Shown one piece after another: positions 8,288-21,100 of a stretch of 43,796 nt of DNA. Position numbers and translations under genes: made by a program. Position 1 is the stretch's first letter. Each line of letters opens with the position of its first letter. The notes beneath the pieces are model-generated. The model did not search any database, was not told where the DNA came from, and worked only from the letters and a program-made list of their open reading frames with translations. The stretch is from Pseudomonadota bacterium (GTDB lineage: Bacteria > Bdellovibrionota_G > JALEGL01 > DATDPG01): positions 1 through 43,796 of the forward strand of contig JAZDDX010000012.1 of the NCBI GenBank assembly GCA_043809315.1, read 5' to 3'.

Positions 8288-9403
8288 CTATCGTTCTTTT
8301 TCCTGCGTATCGGGGCTTTCCGAGGATTCCTGTTCCTCGGTCGTCTGCGTCGGTTCGATCGGTTCCGTCGTCTCCGGAGGCGTCCCCTCCTCGTTTTCCT
8401 CGTGGAACGCGAGAACGTCCTCGTCGCTTTCGAACATGTCGTCCGGGACCGAGGGAACATCGAACGAGTCGTGCATCCGCGCCGGTCCTTCCGGCCGCTT
8501 CCGCGGCGGTCGCGCCGCCGAAGAGGCCGACCGCCGGTTCCCTCCCCGCTGTTCCGGCCCGCCGTCCCGCCGCGGGCCTCGCGGGCCACGGCGTCTGCTG
8601 GGCCCTTGATCGTCCGTGCGGCCCGAATTTTCGTCGACATTCCCCGTGAAATTCCGCGGGACCACGACGACCTTCCGGCCGGCCCCTTCTCCCACGCTCT
8701 TGGTGGTCACGTCGCGGTCCTCTTTGAGCGCCATGTGCAGGATCCTGCGATCGACCGCGTTCATCGGCTCGACGGAGATCGGTCTTCGTTCGCGCAGGGC
8801 GCGCTTCGCCACGTTATGCGCAAGCGCCTCCAGCGCCTCCTGCCGGCGAGCGCGATACTTCTCGGAATCAACCAGAATCCGTTTTCCGGATCGCCGGTCG
8901 AGCCCGAGCATTTTGGCGACCAGGTGCTGCAAGGCCTCCAGCGTCGCCCCCCGCTTTCCAATGAAGAGACCGCTTCCGTTCCCGAGGATTTCGAGATCGA
9001 CCTCTTCGGTCGTCTCGTGGATCTCGACCTGTGCGCTTTCGTCGATATGTTTCAGGATCCCGAGGAGAACTTCTTTCGCTTTCAGGCCCAGCTCGGACGG
9101 TTCCGCGAGCGGTGTCGGCGGCGGTCCCGCCTCATGCCTGACTTCGGCTCCTTCCGCTCCGTCCGCCGTCTCCACCGGTTCCGTTCCTTCGGCGACCGGC
9201 GCTGCCTCCGTCCGCGGCGCCGTCTCCGGCGTGCGCGGGTTCTCAAGTTTGCGCGCGCGGATCTTCGTTCCGTTCCCCCCGACCACTCTGTACTCGAGGT
9301 AGGGGAGGGTGGCGTTCAGGGCGTTGCAGGCGCGCTCCAGCGCGTCGTCCTTCGATCGTCCTTCGATTTCCAACCATTCTTCTTGCGGATCGTCTTCGAA
9401 CAC
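8288..9403 (-). CDS. khpB: RNA-binding protein KhpB/Jag/EloR (Jag_N, KH, R3H) with a long low-complexity tail
   Basis: IEGRSKDDAL Jag_N, IGKRGATLEALQ KH GxxG loop, MNAVDRRILHMAL R3H; canonical position between yidC and mnmE; GTG overlaps the yidC TAG. Confidence 0.93.
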   Translation of the reverse strand: MFEDDPQEEWLEIEGRSKDDALERACNALNATLPYLEYRVVGGNGTKIRARKLENPRTPETAPRTEAAPVAEGTEPVETADGAEGAEVRHEAGPPPTPLAEPSELGLKAKEVLLGILKHIDESAQVEIHETTEEVDLEILGNGSGLFIGKRGATLEALQHLVAKMLGLDRRSGKRILVDSEKYRARRQEALEALAHNVAKRALRERRPISVEPMNAVDRRILHMALKEDRDVTTKSVGEGAGRKVVVVPRNFTGNVDENSGRTDDQGPSRRRGPRGPRRDGGPEQRGGNRRSASSAARPPRKRPEGPARMHDSFDVPSVPDDMFESDEDVLAFHEENEEGTPPETTEPIEPTQTTEEQESSESPDTQEKER

Positions 9404-11097
9404 TATTTACGACTCACTTTCTCGGCGACTTTGGCCGGTGATGCGAGTTCCCGTTGGACCCAGTACTGCTGGACAACACCCCAAAGGGTACTCACGAAAA
9501 TGTAAAGGTTCAATCCTGCCGGCAAGAAAACCATCATCGCCGTGAAGATGATCGGCATGAACTTGAACATCGCCTGCTGCGCCGGATCGGCCCCTGGGCT
9601 CGGGGTCATCTTCTGCTGCAGGAACATCGCGATCCCCAGGAGAACCGGCAGGACGAAGAACGGATCATGCGCGGACAGGTCCCGGATCCAGAAGATAAAC
9701 GGGGCGTGGCGGAGTTCGATCGAGTTCCAGAGGACCCGGTAGAGGGCGAAGAAGATCGGCAGCTGGGGCAGGATCAGGAGGCATCCCCCCATCGGGTTGA
9801 TCTTGTGCGATCGCATGTAGCTCATCAGCTCGCGCGAGTACCCCTCCTTGTCGTCCTTGAACTTCTCCTTGAGGGCGTCCATCTGCGGTTTGTGCTCCTG
9901 CATCTTCCGCATCGAGCGCGCCTGTTTCTGCGCCAACGGGAACATGAGGAGCCGGACAACGACGGTCAAAAGAATGATCGCAAGGCCGTAGTTCGGAAAA
10001 ATCGAGTAGAGCCAGCGGAGGAAATAGAGCATCGGCCGGGCGATCCATCCGAGCCAGTCCCCCAAATCGATCGCTCGGTCGAGATCGTGCCCCACCCCCT
10101 GAAGGACACCGATGTCCTTCGGGCCGAGGAAGAGGCGCAGCGTGTAGCTCTGCGTCCCCCCGGTGGGGATTTCGTAGGGGGGGTAGATCATCGTCAGGTC
10201 GGCCCGGTCGGAGATCTCTTTCCCGCTCGTTTCGTCCTTTCGGGAGGTGGCGCTCATTTTGATCTCGTTCCAGCGCGCCTCGACCGGGACCGCCGTCATC
10301 AGGAAGTACCGTGAGTCGAACCCCGCCCATCGGATCTCCCCGGGGGGGATCGCCTTTCCGCTCAAGACCTCCTCGGTCGTCCAGTAAACCGCCTTCTCGT
10401 TGATGAAGGCGCTGACCCGAAGCGGGGTCGGCCGGTTCCCCAGGTACGAGGAAACCCCGGACGAGCGAAGCTCCTCGTGACTGTCGCCGCTCGAGAGGGT
10501 CACGGAGGAGCGAAGCTTGACTGGTTCCCCCTTTCGGTTGGTGACCGATACCTTCTGTTCGATCCAATAACTCGACAGACTCCAGGTTAGGTTTTTCGAA
10601 ACGATCAGGCCGTTGTCGAGCGCCTTCTCGTAGATAAGGTTCGTTTCTCCGGCACTGGTTTTCCGGTACTCCGCCCCGTCGTCCGTCCAGCTCTGCTCCC
10701 CCGCGCCGAACGTCCACCGCAGCGGGGGAGGGGCCGCTCCTTCGAACGGAACGACTCCGATGTTCGGCGTCTTTCCGCTCTCCCCGACGTGGAACTTTCG
10801 AAGCGTTGCGCGGGCCAGGGACCCGGGCTGGTTCGTGAAGAGAAGGTCGTAGAGCGGCGTTTGTCGTTCGTCCGTGACCGCCGCCGTTTGTGCCGGCGGG
10901 GTCGCCTCTTTCCGCTCCGTCGCGGCCGGGGCCGTGGGCGCTGCGGATTTCGTCGCTTGGGCCGTGGGTTTTGCCGTCGCTACCTCAGGTTTGGGCGCCG
11001 GAGCCGGCTTCGGGGCGAGGTATTCGCTCCAAACGAAGAGGAACCCCATGATCAGCGCCAGGGTCAGGAGAAAGCGGTGTAGGTGTTCTTTGTCCAT
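9403..11097 (-). CDS. yidC: Membrane protein insertase YidC
   Basis: N-terminal TM, large periplasmic domain, NYGLAIILLTVVVR, NPMGGCL, ELRHAPFIFWIRDLS, PAGLNLY. Confidence 0.97.
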   Translation of the reverse strand: MDKEHLHRFLLTLALIMGFLFVWSEYLAPKPAPAPKPEVATAKPTAQATKSAAPTAPAATERKEATPPAQTAAVTDERQTPLYDLLFTNQPGSLARATLRKFHVGESGKTPNIGVVPFEGAAPPPLRWTFGAGEQSWTDDGAEYRKTSAGETNLIYEKALDNGLIVSKNLTWSLSSYWIEQKVSVTNRKGEPVKLRSSVTLSSGDSHEELRSSGVSSYLGNRPTPLRVSAFINEKAVYWTTEEVLSGKAIPPGEIRWAGFDSRYFLMTAVPVEARWNEIKMSATSRKDETSGKEISDRADLTMIYPPYEIPTGGTQSYTLRLFLGPKDIGVLQGVGHDLDRAIDLGDWLGWIARPMLYFLRWLYSIFPNYGLAIILLTVVVRLLMFPLAQKQARSMRKMQEHKPQMDALKEKFKDDKEGYSRELMSYMRSHKINPMGGCLLILPQLPIFFALYRVLWNSIELRHAPFIFWIRDLSAHDPFFVLPVLLGIAMFLQQKMTPSPGADPAQQAMFKFMPIIFTAMMVFLPAGLNLYIFVSTLWGVVQQYWVQRELASPAKVAEKVSRK

Positions 11098-11100
11098 GGA

Positions 11101-11310
11101 TTATCCGACTTTCTTGGGGACCGGGTCGTATCCGCCCGGATGAAGAGGGTGGCATTTCCCCAGACGACGAAGCGCGAGCCAGGCCCCCTTTCCGGCGCCG
11201 TGTTCCTCGATCGCCTTCTCGGCATAGCGAGAACAGCTCGGGTGAAACCGGCATCGGGCACCCAGAACGGGGGAAAGAACCGCCCGGTAGGCCGCGAAAA
11301 GAAATTTCAT
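11101..11310 (-). CDS. yidD: Membrane protein insertion efficiency factor YidD
   Basis: [11 protein letters not shown] and [14 protein letters not shown] motifs; synteny. Confidence 0.96.
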   Translation of the reverse strand: MKFLFAAYRAVLSPVLGARCRFHPSCSRYAEKAIEEHGAGKGAWLALRRLGKCHPLHPGGYDPVPKKVG

Positions 11311-11669
11311 CGTTCGCTCGCTTTCGAAAAAAGAGCGCGGAGTTCGTCGCGGGCGGCGGGGTCCGGCTTGCCGCGAACGCTGCTCTTGACGATCACGACC
11401 TCGTCCCCCCCGGGGGGCAAAAGTTCCCGCTCACGACGGAACAGATCGCGGATCACGCGTTTCCACCGGTTCCGAATGACGGCCCCTCCTGTTTTCCGGG
11501 TCACGACGACCCCCAGGCGGACGGCTCCCGCCTCGTTCGCGAGGTGCAGAAGAACGAATCGCTTGGTCGCAAACCGTCTGCCGTTGTTCTGACATTGGGT
11601 GAACTCCGATCGCCTCCGGAGCCGATTTCCGGGCCGAAGGCGGGCACCGCCCGTTTTTGTCCCGGTCAC
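11307..11669 (-). CDS. rnpA: Ribonuclease P protein component
   Basis: [32 protein letters not shown] (RNR motif); synteny. Confidence 0.95.
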   Translation of the reverse strand: MTGTKTGGARLRPGNRLRRRSEFTQCQNNGRRFATKRFVLLHLANEAGAVRLGVVVTRKTGGAVIRNRWKRVIRDLFRRERELLPPGGDEVVIVKSSVRGKPDPAARDELRALFSKASER

Positions 11670-11815
11670 TTCGAAGCGACAGTGACGGTCAGTCGTTTTC
11701 TTCCCTTGCGACGACGTCGGTTGATCACCGCCCGTCCCGCCTTGGTACTCATCCGTTCGCGAAATCCGTGCGTCCTTTTCCGGCTCGTGTTGCTTGGCTG
11801 ATACGTGCGCTTCAT
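11666..11815 (-). CDS. rpmH: 50S ribosomal protein L34
   Basis: [42 protein letters not shown], 49 aa from ATG 11815. Confidence 0.98.
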   Translation of the reverse strand: MKRTYQPSNTSRKRTHGFRERMSTKAGRAVINRRRRKGRKRLTVTVASK

Positions 11816-12049
11816 GGTTTCATTTCCGGTCGCAAAAAAGCTGCACGTATCAAACATACCCCCCGCGTGCTGTCAAGCTGCTTCTCTGCGTCCGCGCGCG
11901 GAACTTCGCGCAGCGTCGCGCGCCGGATTTCCCTGTCGTTTTCCCGTGGGCCTCCCTCGCGGGGCTCCGCATCATCGTCCGTTTCATCCCGGCAGGCTGC
12001 GAGGGTCGCCGTCACCTCTTCGTCTGCGCCGCGGCGGGGACTAGTCAAG

Positions 12050-12058
12050 CCATCCACA
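12050..12058 (+). promoter_or_regulatory. Degenerate DnaA box upstream of dnaA
   Basis: CCATCCACA (2 mismatches to TTATCCACA); the identical 9-mer recurs in oriC at 13649-13657. Confidence 0.5.
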
Positions 12059-12212
12059 GGGCCGCGCGTCCATCGAGATAAATATCGCGGTCGGGTCCCG
12101 GCCGATTTCGAGCGGCTCGTCCGGAAAAATTTTCTTTCCGCTCACCTTGTAAAATGTTTCTCGAAACGATCGCTTGACCTTTCCACGTCCCGGACTCAAA
12201 AACGCGCTTCGC

Positions 12213-13550
12213 ATGAAGGATTGTTGGAACCGGGCTGTCGCGCATTTTCAGTCCTCGTTGACCCCGCACCTGTTTGATACCTGGCTGCGTCCGCTGCAGT
12301 TCCGGTCTCTCGACGAGGCGCGTGTCGTTGTTGAAGTTCCGAACTCGTTCTACCGCGACCGCCTCGAGGAAACCTACGCCCGCCCCCTGCGCGACAAGCT
12401 GCGCGAGCTCGCCGGAGCGCCGCTCCTGGATTTGACGTTCGTCCTCGCCGAGGAGCCTTCTTCCGCCGCGCCCGCGCCAATTTTCCCTCCGCCGGTCCCC
12501 GTCGGGCGAACCCCGGCCGTCATCGAACCCGACGGCCCCGCATCGAACCGGCGGTATACGTTTGAGGCGTTCGTGGTCGGGACCAGCAACCAATTCGCGC
12601 ATGCCGCCGCTTCGGCCACCGCCGCCTCCCCCGGGAAAACGTATAACCCGCTGTTCATTTACGGCGGGGTGGGGCTGGGAAAGACCCATCTTCTCTGCGC
12701 CGTCGGAAACCGGATCGCCGCCCAGCCTGGGATGCGCGTTGTATACCGGTCGACGGAGCAGTTCATGAACGAGCTGATCAATGCGATCCGGTTCGAGAAG
12801 ACCGAGGAGTTCCGCACAAGATACCGGAAAAATTGCGACGTTCTTCTGCTCGACGACATCCAATTCCTGAGTCGGAAAGAACGGACCCAAGAGGAATTCT
12901 TCCACACCTTCAACGCCCTCCACCAGGCGAACAAACAGATCGTGATGACGTCGGATCAGACCCCCAGGGAGATCCCCGATCTCGACGAGCGCCTCCGCTC
13001 CCGTTTCCAGTGGGGTCTTTTCTGCGACATCCAGCCCCCGGATGTAGAAACACGGGTGGCGATCCTGAAAAAAAAGGCGGCCGCTTCCTCGGTCGAACTC
13101 CCGGACGACGCCGCGCTTTTTCTCGCGACGCAGGTCAAATCGAACGTTCGGGTTCTGGAGGGGGCTTTCATCCGCCTGTCGGCTCACGCCTCCCTCTCCG
13201 GCCAGCCGATCACTCTGGCCCTGGCCCGGGACACTTTCGCCTCTGCGGCCGCGGAAAGCCCCGGGCTCTCGGTCGAAACGATCCAGCGCCGGGTGGCGGA
13301 GTTCTTCAACCTCAACGTCTCCGACCTCAAATCCCCGCGCCGTCACAAGGTCGTCGCCCTCCCGCGCCAGATCGCCATGTACCTTTCGCGGAAACTCACC
13401 CCGGCGTCCTTCCCCGAAATCGGAGAGCGTTTCGGCGGGAAAGATCACACCACAGTCATGCACGGGGTTTCAAAAATCGACCGAGTCCTCGCCTCGGATC
13501 CCCGCATCCGGTCTACACTTGCGGCAATCGAACAAAGCCTTTTGAGCTGA
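12213..13550 (+). CDS. dnaA: Chromosomal replication initiator DnaA
   Basis: YNPLFIYGGVGLGKTHL Walker A, LLDDIQF Walker B, RLRSRFQWG, GGKDHTTVMH domain IV. Start ATG 12213 preferred; TTG 12174 is an alternative. Confidence 0.98.
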   Translation: MKDCWNRAVAHFQSSLTPHLFDTWLRPLQFRSLDEARVVVEVPNSFYRDRLEETYARPLRDKLRELAGAPLLDLTFVLAEEPSSAAPAPIFPPPVPVGRTPAVIEPDGPASNRRYTFEAFVVGTSNQFAHAAASATAASPGKTYNPLFIYGGVGLGKTHLLCAVGNRIAAQPGMRVVYRSTEQFMNELINAIRFEKTEEFRTRYRKNCDVLLLDDIQFLSRKERTQEEFFHTFNALHQANKQIVMTSDQTPREIPDLDERLRSRFQWGLFCDIQPPDVETRVAILKKKAAASSVELPDDAALFLATQVKSNVRVLEGAFIRLSAHASLSGQPITLALARDTFASAAAESPGLSVETIQRRVAEFFNLNVSDLKSPRRHKVVALPRQIAMYLSRKLTPASFPEIGERFGGKDHTTVMHGVSKIDRVLASDPRIRSTLAAIEQSLLS

Positions 13551-13779
13551 GTTTCCGTCGTTGCTTCTTGGGGATAAATGTGTTTGAACTGTGCCGCGGT
13601 GCTTGCAACTCGACCGATCTGTGTATGAAACGATTTCGACTACCGTGCCCATCCACAAGCTCGAACCGCCGGAATATGCGGCCGTGTAGATCTTTCCGAA
13701 CGATCCCTCGTTTATCCACAGCGACTACTACGACTACTATTTTAGATAAGACTAAAGAACAAAGATAAGAGGGTTGTGT
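13551..13779 (+). other. Replication origin oriC (dnaA-dnaN intergenic) with DnaA boxes, DnaA-trios and an AT-rich unwinding segment
   Basis: Boxes TGGGGATAA 13569-13577, TGTGTATGA 13620-13628, CCATCCACA 13649-13657 and perfect TTATCCACA 13712-13720. These are followed by CGA-CTA-CTA-CGA-CTA-CTA (13722-13739) and an AT-rich stretch at 13740-13769. Confidence 0.92.
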
Positions 13780-14901
13780 ATGAAGATCGAGTTTGACCGA
13801 AACCAGCTTTTGACCGGCCTCCAAAAAATAGGTGCCGTCGCCGAGAAGAAATCGACGATGCCGATTCTTGGAAACCTTCACCTGGAAGCGAAGGGTGAAA
13901 GCCTGACGATTTCCGCCACCGATCTCGAAATCGGCATCCAAACCACCTGCCCGGTGAAGGTGGTAGCGGAAGGAAAAGTCTGCACCCCCGCACACCAACT
14001 GATCGAGATCGTCAAACAGCTTCCGGAAAAAAACGGACGGCTCCAAAAAACAGAGAACGACTGGATCACGCTCAGTTGCGGGAAGGCACAGTTCCGTCTG
14101 GCCGGAGTTGCGGCAGATGAATTCCCGCAGGTCGTAAACGCGGGGGAGTTCAAGTTCTCGAACCTCAAGACGAACACGATTCAAACCGCGATCGAAAAGA
14201 CCGGCTTCGCCATCTCGACCGACGAGATGCGGTACAATCTGAACGGAGTCTACCTCGAGGTAAAAAAAGAAAAGGGGGGGATCGCCTTCCGGATGGTCGC
14301 CACGGACGGACACCGTCTCGCCATGTTCACCCGAGACCTTGCTGACGACGAAACCCTGACCCTGGCGAAGGGAGTCATCCTCCCGCGGAAAGGGATCAAC
14401 GAGCTGCGCCGCCTTCTCGAGGGGGTCGAGGAAAAACAGGTCGAGGTATCGGTGACCGGCACGAACGCCTGCTTTCGGCTCAACCGCACAATCCTCTCGA
14501 TGCGCCTCGTGGTCGGCGAGTTTCCCGATTACACAGCGGTGATCCCGAAGGGGAACAAGAAAAAACTGGTGGTCAACCGGAACGCTTTGAACGATTCGTT
14601 GCGCCGGGTTTCGCTTCTTTCCGAAGGGAAATCGAAATGTGTGAAGTTCGGGATCCGCGGCGCGGGAATTCACCTGGCGGCAACGACCCCCGAACTCGGC
14701 GAGGCGGAAGAAGATATCGCCGGGGAGTTTGACGGGGGCGAACTGGAGATCGGCTTCAACGCACGGTATGTTCTGGATGCGTTAGCGGCGGTCGACGGCG
14801 ACAAGGTGCTCTTCGAGTTGGATCACGAACAGAGCCCCGGAATCATCCGCGCGCCGAACGATCCGAGCTATTTCGGCGTGATCATGCCGATGCGCATCTA
14901 G
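13780..14901 (+). CDS. dnaN: DNA polymerase III beta sliding clamp
   Basis: TMPILGN, ATDLEIGI, VATDGHRL, GEFPDY, IGFNARY, VIMPMR; GAGGG SD before ATG 13780. Confidence 0.98.
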   Translation: MKIEFDRNQLLTGLQKIGAVAEKKSTMPILGNLHLEAKGESLTISATDLEIGIQTTCPVKVVAEGKVCTPAHQLIEIVKQLPEKNGRLQKTENDWITLSCGKAQFRLAGVAADEFPQVVNAGEFKFSNLKTNTIQTAIEKTGFAISTDEMRYNLNGVYLEVKKEKGGIAFRMVATDGHRLAMFTRDLADDETLTLAKGVILPRKGINELRRLLEGVEEKQVEVSVTGTNACFRLNRTILSMRLVVGEFPDYTAVIPKGNKKKLVVNRNALNDSLRRVSLLSEGKSKCVKFGIRGAGIHLAATTPELGEAEEDIAGEFDGGELEIGFNARYVLDALAAVDGDKVLFELDHEQSPGIIRAPNDPSYFGVIMPMRI

Positions 14902-14907
14902 AGCGGA

Positions 14908-18510
<3,603 letters not shown>

Positions 18511-18511
<1 letters not shown>

Positions 18512-20979
18512 TGGCGACGACGGAAACGCAAAAAATCCTTCCGAGAACAATCGAGGACGAAATGAAATCGGCGTACCTCGATTACGCGATGAGCGTGATC
18601 GTGGGGCGCGCCCTGCCGGACGTCCGCGACGGGCTCAAGCCGGTTCACCGGCGCTGTCTGTACGGGATGTACGACATGGGGAACGTCCACGGGAAGCCGT
18701 ACCGGAAATCGGCCCGCGTGGTCGGAGACGTGATGGGGAAATACCATCCCCACGGCGATGCGGCGATCTACGACACGATCGTCCGAATGGCGCAGGACTT
18801 TTCGTTGCGCTACATGCTGGTCGACGGGCAGGGGAACTTCGGCTCGGTCGACGGCGACGCCGCGGCGGCGATGCGGTACACCGAGATCCGCCTCGCGAAG
18901 ATCACGGAGGAATTCCTCTCCGACATCGACAAGGACACGGTCGCCTTCGGCCGGAACTACGACGACACGCTCGACGAACCACTTCTTCTTCCGACGCGGA
19001 TCCCGAACCTTCTGGTGAACGGATCGGCCGGCATCGCCGTCGGAATGGCGACGAACATCCCGCCGCACAACCTGACCGAAGTCTGCGACGCCCTGATCGC
19101 GATGATCGAGAAGCCGGACCTCGACAACAAAGCCCTCTTTGCGATCGTCAGGGGGCCGGACTTCCCGACCGCCGGGTTGATCTACGGCAAAAAGGGGATC
19201 CGGGAGGCGTACGAGACCGGGCGCGGAAAGTTCATGGTCCGGGCGCGTGCGCTGATCGAGGAGGTCGGCAAGGGGGACCGGCAGCAGATCATCGTGAGCG
19301 AGATCCCCTATCAGGTGAACAAGGCACGCCTGATCGAGACGATCGCCGAATTGGTTCGCGACAAGAAGATCGAAGGGATCAGTGACCTGCGCGACGAAAG
19401 CGATCGCGACGGGATGCGGATCGTGATCGAGCTCAAGCGCGACGCGACGCCGGGGATCGTCTTAAACCAACTCTACGTCAACACGCAGATGCAGACCTCG
19501 TTCGGGGTGATCATGCTGGCGCTGGTCAACAACCGACCGAAGGTCATCACGCTTCACGAGGCGCTCCAGCTCTTCATCGACCACCGGAAAGAGGTGGTGA
19601 CGCGGCGGACGGTTTGGGAACTGAAGAAAGCGGAAGACCGCGCGCACATTTTGGAGGGGTTGAAGATCGCGCTCGAGAATATCGATGCCGTGATTGCCCT
19701 GATCCGGAAATCGAAAGACCCGGAAGTCGCCAAAGCAGGCCTCTGCGAGAAGTTCAAACTGTCGCCGGTCCAGGCGACGGCGATCCTCGAGATGCGTCTC
19801 CAGCGGCTCACGAATCTCGAACGGGAGAAGATCCTCGATGAGTACAAGGGGACGATGAAGCTGATCGAGGAGCTCCAGAAGATCCTCGCGAACGAGAAGC
19901 TGGTCTACGACCTGATCGTCAAAGAGCTCAACGAGGTCAAGGAACGGTACGGCGACAAGAGGCGGACGGAGATCAAGGCCCAGCTCGAGGAGTTCTCGGA
20001 AGAGGACCTGATCGAGGAAGAGGAGATGGTCGTCACCGTCACGCACGCCGGGTACATCAAGCGGAATCCGATCACGCTCTACCGCAGCCAACGGCGCGGC
20101 GGAAAGGGGAAGGTCGGAACGGGGGTCAAAGAGGAGGATTTCGTCACCTCCCTCTTCGTCACGTCGACCCATTCGTACCTGCTCGTCTTTTCCGATCGCG
20201 GGCGCCTCTATTGGGTCAAGGTCCATGAGCTGCCGCAGGCGGGAAGGGCGGCCAAGGGGAGGCCGATCGTAAACCTCGCCCAATTGTCGCCGGGGGAATC
20301 GGTCGCGGCGCTCTTGCCGGTCTCCGAGTTCGTCGAGGGGAAGTACATCATCATGGCGAGCCGGAACGGGATCATCAAGAAGACCGACCTGATGCAGTTC
20401 GCGAACCCGCGCGCGAGCGGGATCATCGCCTGCGGGATCGAGGACGGCGATCGGATGATCGCGGCGGCATTGACGACCGGGACGAGCGACATTTTCCTGG
20501 CAACGAAGAACGGGCAAGCGATTCGGTTCAACGAAGACGAGGTCCGCGCGATGGGGCGGCAAGCGGTCGGAGTCTGGGGGATCGATCTCGACAAGGGGGA
20601 CGCGGTTGTCGGGATGCAAGTTCTGCAAGCGGAGGGGACGCTTCTGACCGCGACGGAGCACGGTTACGGGAAACGGACGGAGACGACTGAATACCGCAAA
20701 CAATCCCGAGGGGGCAAAGGCGTCATGACGATCCGCGTGATCGACAAGAACGGGCCCGTCGTGGGCGTGGCGCAGGTGGCGCAGGACGACGATGTGATGC
20801 TGATCTCCGATCAGGGGCAACTGATCCGCGTCCGGGCAAAAGATATTTCACTCATCGGCCGTGCGACCCAAGGGGTGCGGCTCATCAACGTGGCGGAGAA
20901 CGAAAAGCTCGTCGCGCTCGCGAAGATCGTCCCCGAGGACGACGAAGAAAACGGCGCTGCGACCGAGGGGAACGCCTAA
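18511..20979 (+). CDS. gyrA: DNA gyrase subunit A
   Basis: [24 protein letters not shown] active-site Tyr, QRRGGKG GyrA-box, acidic tail; TGATG overlap with gyrB. Confidence 0.98.
20952..20979 (+). repeat. Left copy of a 28-bp direct repeat (gyrA 3' end including stop)
   Basis: CGGCGCTGCGACCGAGGGGAACGCCTAA; 26/28 identical to 23715-23742. Confidence 0.9.
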
Positions 20980-21070
20980 GCCGGAAAGAACCTCAGTGCA
21001 TGTGCTCATTTTCTGCGCTCCCGACAACCCGCAGCGCATCGCAAGAAGCTGAATTTACAACCATATTTAT

Positions 21071-21086
21071 TGGCATGTAGCCTGCA
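21071..21086 (+). promoter_or_regulatory. Sigma54 (-24/-12) promoter of the secreted metalloprotease
   Basis: TGGCAT-GTAGC-CTGCA vs consensus TGGCAC-N5-TTGCW, with correct GG/GC spacing; IHF-like CAAGAAGCTGAAT at 21042-21054. Confidence 0.65.
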
Positions 21087-21100
21087 GCAAGGAAGTCCTG

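Noticed and set aside
8394-8409. Third parS-like sequence TTTTCCTCGTGGAACG
   Set aside because: Three mismatches, including one in the CACGTG core.
8278-8640. 120-aa Arg-rich N-terminal extension of MnmE in the ORF track
   Set aside because: It is an alternate frame of the khpB tail; MnmE homology begins at ATG 8277.
11812-12057. 81-aa minus-strand ORF upstream of rpmH
   Set aside because: No recognisable motif or SD, and it lies in the divergent promoter region; likely a chance ORF in GC-rich DNA.
12045-13463. Long antisense ORFs opposite dnaA, and likewise opposite gyrA (19462-20820), hemL (27315-28844) and addA (36591-38939)
   Set aside because: Shadow ORFs expected from high-GC codon bias on the strand opposite well-conserved genes; the translations are not protein-like.
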